44,595 nucleotides of DNA from a virus. Taxonomy: Duplodnaviria; Caudoviricetes. The position numbers and the translations under genes are program-made. The notes under the pieces are model-generated. The model searched no databases and was not told the DNA's origin. It saw only the letters and a program-made list of their open reading frames with translations. This document shows positions 32,101 through 40,462 of the stretch, piece after piece; position 1 is the stretch's first letter; each line of letters begins with the position of its first letter. The stretch spans positions 1 to 44,595 of the IMG/VR virus record IMGVR_UViG_3300010234_000020. The stretch is one strand, 5' to 3'.

Positions 32101-33603
32101 GCCGTGCGTGAGTCCCCCGCCGGACACGACTCGCGCGCCACCGGGAGATCCACCGCCGACCGGGACGGCCGTGTCCCCTGGCGGGGTGTCACCGGGCTCA
32201 CCCGGCGGGGTGGTCGCGACGCCGGGCTTGGGGCCGGAGCCGATGGTCGGCGGCGGCCTGTCCCCGCCCGGCGTGATCGGACCCTTGGGGGATCCTCCCG
32301 GGGTGGTCGGTCCCGGATCCTGCGGCGGCGGCGGCGGATCCTTCGGCGTGATGTCGCCGGGGATGTCCGGGACGGGGTTCCCGCCACCCGACTCGCCGAT
32401 GAGGGTGCTGGACCAGAAGCGCCACATCCCGGACGCCGTCTTGTCTCCGCCGTCGCGGCCCCAGTTGTATTCCTCGTCGTCGTCCCAGCCGATGTGGACC
32501 AGCACCTTGTAGGGCAGGTCCGGGGGGTCGGGCCAATACGTCTCGAACTTGAGGGGGCCGTCCTCGCCCTTGCCGAGGAAAAACGACAGCGTGGACAGGT
32601 GCCCGGCGTTGACGGGGTTCCCCTCGGCGTCCACGCCGATCTGGTGCTTGTCCTCGCCGTCGCCCACGTCGAGGGGGCCGCCGTCGCGCACCGAGACCAG
32701 GGCGTGCCGGGTGTGCGCGCCGCCCTTGTCCGTGAACATCCCGCCGATGGTGTCGTTGAGTCCAGACCGGCCGATGTTCCACGAGAGGATGTTGGCGCGG
32801 TTCCCGGCGAGGCTGAAGTCCCCGGTGGGCCGCATAACGACGCGCGCCATCGAGTGCAGGGGGGCCTTGCGGTCCGGGTCGATCGCGCCGTCCGTGATGT
32901 CGTGAACGTCGGTGCTGAACCCTGGGGGGCCGCCGTGGTGAGCGGCGACGAGGCGGGGGTCGCCGTGGAGGAAGACGGGGACGTTGGCGGTCTCGTCCGT
33001 GCCCCCAACGACCACTCCGACCGTCCCGCCGGGGATCGCCCCGAACGGGGCCTCCCCCATCGTGACCTCCTCGTATCGGTCGTCGTGGTCGTAGTTGCCG
33101 TCCTTGATGGGGAGGATCACGGCCTCGGGGTCTTCGAACGTCACGCTCTGCGGGGGCTCGGGGGTCCGGTCCTGGCCGCCCTGGCTGGACTCGGGGCCGG
33201 GGGGCATGGTCGGGGCGTTCGACCCAGACCCCGTGATGTCGCGCGGGTCCACGGGCGTCCGCGTCCCCGGGGTGATCTCGCCAGCCGGGGCATCCGGGGC
33301 CGGGGGATCGCCCACAGGACCGCCGCTGCCGTGCGCTCCGATGCGGACCGGGTACGCGTTCGCCCAGGAGCCGATGGACCGCGTGGACGGCGCCCAGTGG
33401 ACCCAGCAGGCCCAATCCCCGCGACCGTCTACGTCTTCGTGGTAGTGGCCGAATTCACCGGCCCCGGTCAGGCGCCCCTTGACCCGGATGCCGTAGATGG
33501 CCGCGCGGAGTTCCAGGGGCGTCCCGGCCTCGGTGAACCCGTGGTCCTGCATGATCGGGAAGCCGAGGCCGTTCGGGTGCAGGGACTCGTTGGCGCGCGA
33601 CAT
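29179..33603 (-). CDS. Large tail fibre/tip protein, 1474 aa
   Basis: Fibre repeats GVVE(I/L)AT..EVD.GTDT.R.VTP (x2), NATHTG(E/D)VTG (x2), RTL(I/L)NVEDGAT (x2); beta-sandwich-like C-terminus. Confidence 0.8.
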   Translation of the reverse strand: MSRANESLHPNGLGFPIMQDHGFTEAGTPLELRAAIYGIRVKGRLTGAGEFGHYHEDVDGRGDWACWVHWAPSTRSIGSWANAYPVRIGAHGSGGPVGDPPAPDAPAGEITPGTRTPVDPRDITGSGSNAPTMPPGPESSQGGQDRTPEPPQSVTFEDPEAVILPIKDGNYDHDDRYEEVTMGEAPFGAIPGGTVGVVVGGTDETANVPVFLHGDPRLVAAHHGGPPGFSTDVHDITDGAIDPDRKAPLHSMARVVMRPTGDFSLAGNRANILSWNIGRSGLNDTIGGMFTDKGGAHTRHALVSVRDGGPLDVGDGEDKHQIGVDAEGNPVNAGHLSTLSFFLGKGEDGPLKFETYWPDPPDLPYKVLVHIGWDDDEEYNWGRDGGDKTASGMWRFWSSTLIGESGGGNPVPDIPGDITPKDPPPPPQDPGPTTPGGSPKGPITPGGDRPPPTIGSGPKPGVATTPPGEPGDTPPGDTAVPVGGGSPGGARVVSGGGLTHGDPNFGWTRGTAFEPKDKDGTPNWGKNRLGVERRKKKKKKRKGVPDRNGDPNRGWTRGTDFEPFRRGDDGVRVPNYDERVRGEPNGPKEHPEQVTYEDGTAHDTASTDYKAATHLELALPIIGGRAPVVAANLRDVPHTKNPDVIAEWDATAPLAWRLHTWAAQDGEIPTASDPMGGTSRGHVYTQEPGASRAVGGTATGGAMFLPPEVSMADSADDFEPGDVDISTTTFLMGPGTQLGHGLPDFRTGEVLQGHAVAYDIATDTLTETHHDGAGGTTTVRTVVAGVQTFPAANATHTGEVTGDAALTVDPVAISNKGLVTAVGADHVLILDATDGALKKALISDFASSGGDMVAATYDPGGIAGDVFDFDNMVEGATNLILTSAERTTITNTSGTNTGDEVPATTSVAGVVEIATQVEVDAGTDTSRVVTPSTLENSAMRGEVTANTAKVTNATHTGDVTGATVLTIADEAVTLAKMAHIATDIILGRTTAATGDVEALTATDVRTLINVEDGATANDTDANLRDRSTHTGTQNLATISDAGTAASHDVPAVGDAAAGEVVKGSDTRLADARTPTAHTHTKSEITDFVESDYATGAEGDLAATAIQPGDNVSALTNDAGYTGAEPSATTTIEGVVELATTAEVDTGTDTTRAVTPAALAGSALKTKVDGIESGATADQTGAEIKAAYEAEANTNAFDDAAVTKLAGIEAGADVTDTANVTAAGALMDSEVDADLKTLTLPASTTISTFGASLVDDADEAAARATLGLGGLATESSVGTADIADGAVTAVKQETIAQDVIVGRVSTGAGSREQLTPTQARTLLNVEDGATNTPGPVYGGMYVTGGSGSTTITTGGTFYQVDQFTTASPASGVTVDPTTDNDLTIDSGNSGDFRIDFDATFTGNSGSLVQFKVYKNGAATTLIGKLTAGSGVHQISFGGILALAATDVIEVFVTSTNDSDSVTITEADLSIHRLGT

Positions 33604-35798
33604 CAGTTCTTCCCCGGGGTGGCGAGGCGCATGAGGAGGCGCCGGGTCGAGTTCGGTAGCATCGAGAACAGGGACGGCGACCGGACGAAGTCGGGGAGGT
33701 TGAGGTTCGTGGTGACGACGCCGGAACCGGCGCCCACCGCGACCTCCACGCTGTCCACCCGGCCCCGTGGATAGTAGCCGGGCATGAGGCGCACCCCGGC
33801 CGTGCCGATGACGCGGTCCGCGTACGTCGCGTACGATGCGGCGGCCAGCGCGCGGGCGATCCGGTTGAGGGATGCGGCGCCGCCGAAGTCGTCGTCCAGG
33901 TTCACCGTCAACGCGGCGAGGGCGTCGGGGTTGAGTCGCCCGTCCTCCTCGTCGTTCCGAATTCCGATCGCGCCGTAGATCGTCTCACGGTCGTCGTCGC
34001 TCCACCTGACGCGCGCCGTTTCCATGTCTCGGCCCACGATGATCTCGAGGACCGGCCCCCGGCACTTGTCGAGGCCCTCCGCCATCGCGGCCGGGAGCAG
34101 GTCGCGGACGTCATCGGGCTTGACGACCACGGTCTGGTACTGGTCGTCGTTGTTCGGCGACGCCGGGCTCACGGTGATGATCGCGGCCATCTTGTACGCC
34201 TTCACGAATTCGGGGACCGCCCCCCGCTCGGTGACGCAGTTGAAGGAGATGGGCGAGCCCTTGTCGGTGAGGTCACCGCTGGGGCCGGGGATGTCCGGCA
34301 GGACACCGGCGGCGGTCGATGGATTGCCCCGGATCGTCACCATGGACGGCAGCGTCTGCTCGTACGACCGCGACGGGTCCACGCTCCAGTTCACATGGAA
34401 CACGCCCTGGTCGTGATCCACCACCTCGAGGCGGGCCGGGGCGGCGTTGGCCGTGGAGTCGAGGTCGCCACCGGACGGGTACCCGGCGACGTTCACGCAC
34501 CAGGACAGGTCCCCCTCACCGGCGGCCTGGGCGACGAGGAAGCGCTGGCCGGGGATGATGGCATAGTCGGCGTACACGGTCGCCGGGGCGCGCGTCCCGT
34601 CCTCGGGGTTGATCGTCGCGATGCGGTACGGAGCCCAGTGGTGGATGCGGTCGATCACGCGCCGGTTGATCCGAAACGTCCTGCGGTAGTTCGACATAAC
34701 GGCCGAGATGCGCGAGGCCCAGTCCACGTCCGGCTGGGCCTGGCCCGATAGGCGGGCGAGGCCCCACAGGTCCATGAAGGGCACCGATGCCGCCCTGATG
34801 TCGTCCAGTTCGAGAACCCCGAACACCGGCAGCGGGGTTTCCTCCCACGACGCGAGGGCCTCGGGGAACGTGACCCACGTGCCGCGCACCACCTCCTCGC
34901 CGCCCGCCAGGGTGCCGGTGTAGTCGGGGTACCCCAGGACGTTCTCGCTCCAGATGTCGTCCGGGTCGCGGGCCGACGTGTCCCCCTTCGCGACCTCCTC
35001 GAAATCGACGCGCGCCTCAATTTCGCGGTGGAACCGGACATGGATGGCACTCGGCCGGATGTTGGCGCGCGTCACCTTTGCGAGGTGCCCGAGGCCATCC
35101 GCCTCGACCTCATCGACCAGGTCCTCGCCCCGGCCGTCGGCGACGCTGATCAGGTGGACGCGCCCCTTGGGGTCCAGCGTAATCTCGGCGTCGGGCATGT
35201 GGGCCAGAACCCGTCGGACGGCGTCCGCCCCGTTGTCCTGGATCTCGACATTCTCGAACGGGACCGCGTCGAACTTCAGCGTGCCGTCCCTGATCACCTC
35301 GTTCGACCCCGGAACCCCGGGCTCGTGCTCCATCACCTCGGACATCACCGAGTCGAACGCGTCGGGGCCGGTCCACGGTTCGGCGTCGGGGTCGCCCCCG
35401 GGGAGGGAGTAGGGGGCGTACCAGGCGTCCTTGGTGACGTCCGTCAGTTCGCGCGTGTCGTCCGCCGCGATGCGCTTGTGACCCACGTGCCGCCGGACGT
35501 TGAAACGGCGCGTGATGGAGGCGTATGTCCACCAGTATCGGCGGTCCGCGACGAGGATCCGGGCCAGGTGCTCGTTCGACCCGGGGACCTCGCCGATCAC
35601 GTACAGGTTCTCGAATTCCACCTCGGTATCGCCGGTCCCGATGACGAGCGTCACGGGGGTTGATCGCTCGGCCAGTTGCGCGGCGTCGTTCGGCGACAGG
35701 TCGAACGCCCGGACGTGGGGGATCACCCCGACGGTCAGGGTCCAGCCCTGCGTGCCGACGGCCAGCGCGGTCTTGCCGCCGATCATGCACTTGCTCAC
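33603..35798 (-). CDS. Putative tail hub/tip protein, 731 aa
   Basis: Position after the tape-measure candidate; GTGA-coupled start 35798; ARILVADRRYWW, RPSAIHVRF. Confidence 0.6.
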   Translation of the reverse strand: MSKCMIGGKTALAVGTQGWTLTVGVIPHVRAFDLSPNDAAQLAERSTPVTLVIGTGDTEVEFENLYVIGEVPGSNEHLARILVADRRYWWTYASITRRFNVRRHVGHKRIAADDTRELTDVTKDAWYAPYSLPGGDPDAEPWTGPDAFDSVMSEVMEHEPGVPGSNEVIRDGTLKFDAVPFENVEIQDNGADAVRRVLAHMPDAEITLDPKGRVHLISVADGRGEDLVDEVEADGLGHLAKVTRANIRPSAIHVRFHREIEARVDFEEVAKGDTSARDPDDIWSENVLGYPDYTGTLAGGEEVVRGTWVTFPEALASWEETPLPVFGVLELDDIRAASVPFMDLWGLARLSGQAQPDVDWASRISAVMSNYRRTFRINRRVIDRIHHWAPYRIATINPEDGTRAPATVYADYAIIPGQRFLVAQAAGEGDLSWCVNVAGYPSGGDLDSTANAAPARLEVVDHDQGVFHVNWSVDPSRSYEQTLPSMVTIRGNPSTAAGVLPDIPGPSGDLTDKGSPISFNCVTERGAVPEFVKAYKMAAIITVSPASPNNDDQYQTVVVKPDDVRDLLPAAMAEGLDKCRGPVLEIIVGRDMETARVRWSDDDRETIYGAIGIRNDEEDGRLNPDALAALTVNLDDDFGGAASLNRIARALAAASYATYADRVIGTAGVRLMPGYYPRGRVDSVEVAVGAGSGVVTTNLNLPDFVRSPSLFSMLPNSTRRLLMRLATPGKN

Positions 35799-37183
35799 GT
35801 GAGGTCCTCGGCGTTGACGGCCCACCCCCTCACGACGTACGCGACGATGGCCGTGAGGTTGACGGTTGTCCCGTCGTCGGTCCCGAACACGTACGGGTCA
35901 GTCCTGGCGTCGCGGTCGAGAGTGTACCATCGGCCAGCACCCGCCGCCTGGGGGGCCGTGATCGGCCGCCCACCGTTCGCCTCGGACGCCGCCACGCCAT
36001 CGACCGAGTCGGCCCCGGCGACGTCGGCAAGCATCGCGAACGCGTCCGCCTTGGTCTTGGTGCCCGAGACGAGGGCGCGGAGGGTGTGTCGTCGGATGTA
36101 CGATCCGGCGCCCTGGAAGATGTGCTTGGTGAACGGCGATCCCGACCATGCATGCACCATCTGCGTCCCGAAGCTGTGGCTGTCCTCGGACTCGACCCGG
36201 AGCTCCACGAACGCCTCGGCCGGGATCGCCACGGCGACGACCGTGGCCGTGATCCGGTTCGCGTCGGGGTTGAGGGACGGGGTCACGGCGCGAACCGCGA
36301 CCGACCCCTCGGCGTACTCGTCCATCTGCTCGATGATCCACGGCTTGATCGTGTCCCACTCGGCGGCGAGGTCGGTGGACACGTCCGCGTCGATCGTCGC
36401 CGTGTAGTTCGCGGTAATCTCGGTGAGGGCCTTGGCCGGGCTGGACGGGTGGGCCTCGGCGGTGATCCCGCGCACGCTGATCGTCAGCACCTGGCCGATG
36501 ATGGTGGAATTGTCGAGGCCCGCCCCGCCCTGGTCATGGATGACCTCGCGCAGGACGCGGCTGAACCGGAGCGTCGCGTCGTTGACGTCATGGGCCGACC
36601 CCTCGGACACGATCTCGAACGTGCCGCTGGGGAGGCCGCCGAGGACCGCCGTCTGGAACGCGTCGATCTTGGCGTCATACTGCGCGCGCGACCGGTTCGT
36701 CCCGACGGCCGTGTACGTGCCCCTGATCGTGACCGTCCTGATCCGCGCGTCATCCACCGACACGTCGATGTCGTACGTCCGCAGGCCCTCGCTCTCGGAG
36801 TTGTACGTCGCGGGGCGCCCCCAGACGACGCGCACCCGGTAGACCCTGGTGCGGCCGGTGTCGCCCGGGTCGCCGATCTTCGTGACCGTCGGCACGGCGT
36901 TCAGGGCCGTCGAGTCGGACACGATCGCCTCGAGGAGCGTGGTGTCGCCGGACTTGATCGTGAGGCCCCGCCAGGGCTTGGCCATCTCGCGCTCGAACTT
37001 CTCCACGGCGTTTCGGAACGACGCCTCGGACGTCGCGACGACCATGACCTCCCACTCGGCGGACGCCACCTCGGCCTCCTGGCTGATCCGGTGGTACCCG
37101 GTCAGACGGTAGTCCTTGGCGGACCCGCCCATCTGAACCCCGTTGTACCGGATCACGAGTTCTCGCTTGGCGCCCTTGCTCAT
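35795..37183 (-). CDS. Putative distal tail/baseplate protein, 462 aa
   Basis: ATGA-coupled to the upstream gene; beta-rich; position. Confidence 0.6.
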   Translation of the reverse strand: MSKGAKRELVIRYNGVQMGGSAKDYRLTGYHRISQEAEVASAEWEVMVVATSEASFRNAVEKFEREMAKPWRGLTIKSGDTTLLEAIVSDSTALNAVPTVTKIGDPGDTGRTRVYRVRVVWGRPATYNSESEGLRTYDIDVSVDDARIRTVTIRGTYTAVGTNRSRAQYDAKIDAFQTAVLGGLPSGTFEIVSEGSAHDVNDATLRFSRVLREVIHDQGGAGLDNSTIIGQVLTISVRGITAEAHPSSPAKALTEITANYTATIDADVSTDLAAEWDTIKPWIIEQMDEYAEGSVAVRAVTPSLNPDANRITATVVAVAIPAEAFVELRVESEDSHSFGTQMVHAWSGSPFTKHIFQGAGSYIRRHTLRALVSGTKTKADAFAMLADVAGADSVDGVAASEANGGRPITAPQAAGAGRWYTLDRDARTDPYVFGTDDGTTVNLTAIVAYVVRGWAVNAEDLT

Positions 37184-38124
37184 CGCGTCATCTCCCCCAG
37201 GCCCAAGGCCTGCATCGCGCGCTCGCGGACGGCCGTCGCGACCTGGAACCCGACCGCTCGCTCCTCGGTGCGGGACGCTTCCTCGTCCGCGCGCTGCCGC
37301 CACCACGCCACGCGGCCGGACGCTATACCGACGGACATGGCCTCGCTGAAGCCTTCGCCGCTGACGTTCTTGCCGAGGATCGAGGGCAACGATAGGAGGG
37401 CGCCACCGGCGGCCGCGCCGTCGGAGAGCGCCCCGTAGACCTGCGTGAGCCGGGTGACCCCCCGGCCGATCGCGAAGATCGGGGACGCCATCTCGAGGAA
37501 CGACAGGCCCATGCCGGTGGGCGCCCCCACGTCGATCCCCGTCAGGCCGGACACGGCCCCCTCGATGGTCGGCGCCGCGCGGTAGAAGGAGGGCGCGGCC
37601 GCGATGATCGCCGCACCGGCGGCGACCGGCGCGGCGGCCGACGCGAGGGCAGCGACCTTACCGGCGTTCGCCGCCTTCACGGCGTCCGCAGCGGACCCGG
37701 TCTTCGCGGCGCGCGCCGCAGCCTCGGTCGCCCGGTCGCGCGCCTCGCGTGCCGCCTTCATGGCGTCGGTGATCCGGGACTTCGCCCCCTCAGTCGCCTG
37801 GGCGGCGTCGATCACCCCACCGCCCCCGGGCAGGGCGCCGGTGACCCGGTTCACCACCTCGATCGCGTGCTTGGTGACGGTCGTCTTGGCGGCATCGAGG
37901 CGCGGGTCGCCGGGGTCATCCATCTCGGCGGGGACCGGCTTGGGTCGGGGCGTCGGCTTGGGGCGGGGGGCGTCCCCGCTTCCCTCCGGGTTCACCTGCG
38001 GCGCGGCCTCGCCGCCGGAGTCGCCCTTGGACTCAACGCCCGACTCCACCTCGCGCATTCGAGCGCGGGCGTCCTCGGTGTCGATCTTCACCCGGATCAG
38101 GGCGTCTCCGATGATGTCGGACAT
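37180..38124 (-). CDS. Putative short tape-measure-like protein, 314 aa
   Basis: N-terminal IGDALIRVKIDT typical of TMPs; Ala-rich helical and hydrophobic segments; position. Confidence 0.55.
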   Translation of the reverse strand: MSDIIGDALIRVKIDTEDARARMREVESGVESKGDSGGEAAPQVNPEGSGDAPRPKPTPRPKPVPAEMDDPGDPRLDAAKTTVTKHAIEVVNRVTGALPGGGGVIDAAQATEGAKSRITDAMKAAREARDRATEAAARAAKTGSAADAVKAANAGKVAALASAAAPVAAGAAIIAAAPSFYRAAPTIEGAVSGLTGIDVGAPTGMGLSFLEMASPIFAIGRGVTRLTQVYGALSDGAAAGGALLSLPSILGKNVSGEGFSEAMSVGIASGRVAWWRQRADEEASRTEERAVGFQVATAVRERAMQALGLGEMTR

Positions 38125-38139
38125 GGGGCCAGCCTACCT

Positions 38140-38631
38140 CTACGAGGGGATCGTCGTCAGGTGCGCGGTGAATTCGTAGTCACGCATGAGCAGATAGCGC
38201 CCGTCGTCCATGAGTCGCGGGCGCGCGCCACCGGCGGAACGGAGTTCGATGGGCAGCGAGTCGGCCGCGTTCGCAATCCCCAGGGCTCCCATGATGTCGG
38301 TCTCGAGTTCCAGTAGGCCACGGCCCCGGCTATCGGTGGTCGCCCCGACCCGGTGGCCGCCCATCAGGGCGGTCGTCCCGCGCGAGTCACCGAGGGACGT
38401 GACGGCAAGCCGCAACGTCAGCGTCTGGTCGCACAGGCGGGGATCCTCCGGGTCGCATCGCATCGCCCCGACCCCGATGATAGCGAGGGGCATTCTGAAC
38501 GACGTGTAGACCTCCTCCTCGGGGGCCGCCGACGCGAACACCGACTCGTCTGAGAACACCGGCTCGCCGCCGCCGTACGTGAGGGCCTGGAGGTTCGCGA
38601 TGATCTGAACGATCGCCTGGGCCGTGTTCAT
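38140..38631 (-). CDS. Tail terminator-like (Mu gp37-like) protein, 163 aa
   Basis: IVQIIANLQAL..MPLAII..LTLRLAV..GLLELETDIMGAL..DYEFT pattern; ATGA start 38631. Confidence 0.55.
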   Translation of the reverse strand: MNTAQAIVQIIANLQALTYGGGEPVFSDESVFASAAPEEEVYTSFRMPLAIIGVGAMRCDPEDPRLCDQTLTLRLAVTSLGDSRGTTALMGGHRVGATTDSRGRGLLELETDIMGALGIANAADSLPIELRSAGGARPRLMDDGRYLLMRDYEFTAHLTTIPS

Positions 38632-38903
38632 GTGATCCCCCGCTCCATGATCGCGGTGGCGGCCGCGCTGATCACAACCTCCGCCGCCCTGTCGCCCTCG
38701 GACGCGGCCCACGATGACGCGGCCGTCTCAACGATCATCGCGGCCCTGTCGCGTTCCAGGCGTTCCCCCGCGATGACGAACGCCGCGCGCGTGTCGTCCC
38801 TCATGTCCGCCCACTCGGCCCACGTCACGCGACCGCCCCCGACGAGGAACTGGCGGGCGCCCTCGATGAGGTCGGCGGGATCTCGGCGCGCGTCATCGGT
38901 CAT
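38628..38903 (-). CDS. Hypothetical protein, 91 aa (possible tail assembly chaperone)
   Basis: Coupled directly after the tail tube gene. Confidence 0.5.
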   Translation of the reverse strand: MTDDARRDPADLIEGARQFLVGGGRVTWAEWADMRDDTRAAFVIAGERLERDRAAMIVETAASSWAASEGDRAAEVVISAAATAIMERGIT

Positions 38904-39418
38904 GGCGAGATCCCGGCCGCCGTTCCGACGTCGTACACCCGGCCCTGGCTATCCGGTGTCGCGCGGAACACGACGCCGAAGCCAATCTCGGTCCCGGCCG
39001 CCAGGTTGAGTTCGGCGGCGTCGCGCGGGAGGGGGACCGCCCGATAGAACCAGACCCCGGGGTGAGATGACGCGCGTGGCTTGAAATAGAGGACGCCCCC
39101 CTTGGTCTCGCCCAGCAGGGCGCCGGGTCGGGACGAACCGGAGCGGACGTTCATGGGCGACGCCCCCTGGGGGAACACCTCGCCCACGGCGGTCGCGTCC
39201 CACTCGCGAAGAATGGAGATCAGCACCGGGGCCTCGCCCGCGTACACCGTCTCCACGACCTGGCCGCCCCACTCCTCGGCCGTGATGTCGCGCGTCCGTA
39301 CGTTGGGGAGGAAGCGGCTCGCCCGCGTTGACCCGAGGCTCGACCCGGGGGACGCGGGGGACGATCCGCCCCAGTAGAGATCGCCCGCCACGCGGAGGGC
39401 GTTTCGGATGTCGCTCAC
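38900..39418 (-). CDS. Putative tail tube protein, 172 aa
   Basis: GDLYWG..LGST..DITAEEWG..YAGE..LREWD..WFYRAVP..VVFRATPD resembles siphoviral tube proteins. Confidence 0.6.
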   Translation of the reverse strand: MSDIRNALRVAGDLYWGGSSPASPGSSLGSTRASRFLPNVRTRDITAEEWGGQVVETVYAGEAPVLISILREWDATAVGEVFPQGASPMNVRSGSSRPGALLGETKGGVLYFKPRASSHPGVWFYRAVPLPRDAAELNLAAGTEIGFGVVFRATPDSQGRVYDVGTAAGISP

Positions 39419-40026
39419 GTCGTTCCTCCAAGGGCGTCGGCGACGACTTCCTCGACCATCTCGACGAAGTCGCCACGCATCTCGTCGGTGACCCCCACGA
39501 ATGGCCGGGGCACGACGTCCGTCTCGAGGGTATCAGCGTCGAGGAGGAACGCCAGGCGGCTGCGGTAGGCGCGGCCCTTCGGGGTCTTGAGCCACCGGGC
39601 CAGGGTGTCCTTGGCGACCTGCGACACCGTCTGGGACGTGACGCCCCCGGCCTGCATGGTCTGGGCGTACGGGAGGGCGCTGCCCACCTCGACGCCGTCC
39701 GTCCCAACGATGCGCGACGCAACGCTGAACTGGAGGGCGCCCGTGTCCTTGAGAGCCGGTCGGCGATCGAACCGGCGGTCCTTCGGCTCCGTCCCCTCGT
39801 TGAGGTCCGACAACGCCCCGGCGATGTTCACGAAGTCGGCGGCCCGGCCCTGGTTTGGGTACCGGTAGAGCCATCGCGCGTCGCCGAACCGCTGGATCTC
39901 GAACGCTTCCTTGGACGCGCCCCGCATGATCGCGCCGATGGTGTCGAGGATGCCCGGCAGGTCGATCAGCGCCTGGATCAGCAGGCGGGCGTCGTCGGCC
40001 GACCTGATCACCACCTGGGCGGGCAC
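39415..40026 (-). CDS. Virion morphogenesis protein (Mu gpG / P2 gpS family)
   Basis: LKDTGALQFSV..VEVGSALPYAQTMQAGG..VPRPFVGV. Confidence 0.88.
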   Translation of the reverse strand: MPAQVVIRSADDARLLIQALIDLPGILDTIGAIMRGASKEAFEIQRFGDARWLYRYPNQGRAADFVNIAGALSDLNEGTEPKDRRFDRRPALKDTGALQFSVASRIVGTDGVEVGSALPYAQTMQAGGVTSQTVSQVAKDTLARWLKTPKGRAYRSRLAFLLDADTLETDVVPRPFVGVTDEMRGDFVEMVEEVVADALGGTT

Positions 40027-40027
40027 G

Positions 40028-40462
40028 TTACTCGTCCTGGCCGGTCGGGGGGGCGTCCGGGATGTAATCCTCGAACCGGCCCGGGTCGAACGGCCTGCGG
40101 AGCGTCACGATGGACGGGCTCGACGTCTTGGGCTGCACGCGCGAGCGAAGGGTCACGGCGGACAGCGTCGAATGCAGGGACGCCTTCCACGCGGTCCACT
40201 TGGCGGCGGCCTTGTCGTCCCCGGCCTTGGCGAACGACTTGAGGCGGACGATCACGCCCTCCACCGCGAGGGAGACGTGACGCGCGTCGGTGCCGTCGTA
40301 CGTCCCGCACTGCTGCGTGAGGAATTCGCCCTCGACGTCGGCGACCGCGGCGTCCGCGCGCGTCGTGTTCACGGTCGTCTCAGACAACGCTTCGCCCGCC
40401 CGGGTGAGCTGGATCAGTTCCTGCTCGTTGTACCGCGCGGCGACCTCGTCCCACAACGCCAT
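40028..40462 (-). CDS. Head-tail adaptor, Mu gp36/DUF1320-like, 144 aa
   Basis: VAARYNEQELIQLT..RADAAVADVEGEF; TGATG start 40462. Confidence 0.75.
   Translation of the reverse strand: MALWDEVAARYNEQELIQLTRAGEALSETTVNTTRADAAVADVEGEFLTQQCGTYDGTDARHVSLAVEGVIVRLKSFAKAGDDKAAAKWTAWKASLHSTLSAVTLRSRVQPKTSSPSIVTLRRPFDPGRFEDYIPDAPPTGQDE

Noticed and set aside
23039-33603. Diversity-generating retroelement or invertible fibre cassette
   Set aside because: No reverse transcriptase or invertase; the repeats seen are degenerate protein-level fibre repeats.
29176-33774. 1532-aa plus-strand ORF
   Set aside because: Antisense shadow of the tail fibre gene; Arg/Gly/Val-rich and motif-free, as expected at high GC.
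38628-38760. Programmed frameshift in a tail assembly chaperone
   Set aside because: No XXXYYYZ slippery heptamer seen; the next gene has a normal ATGA-coupled start.
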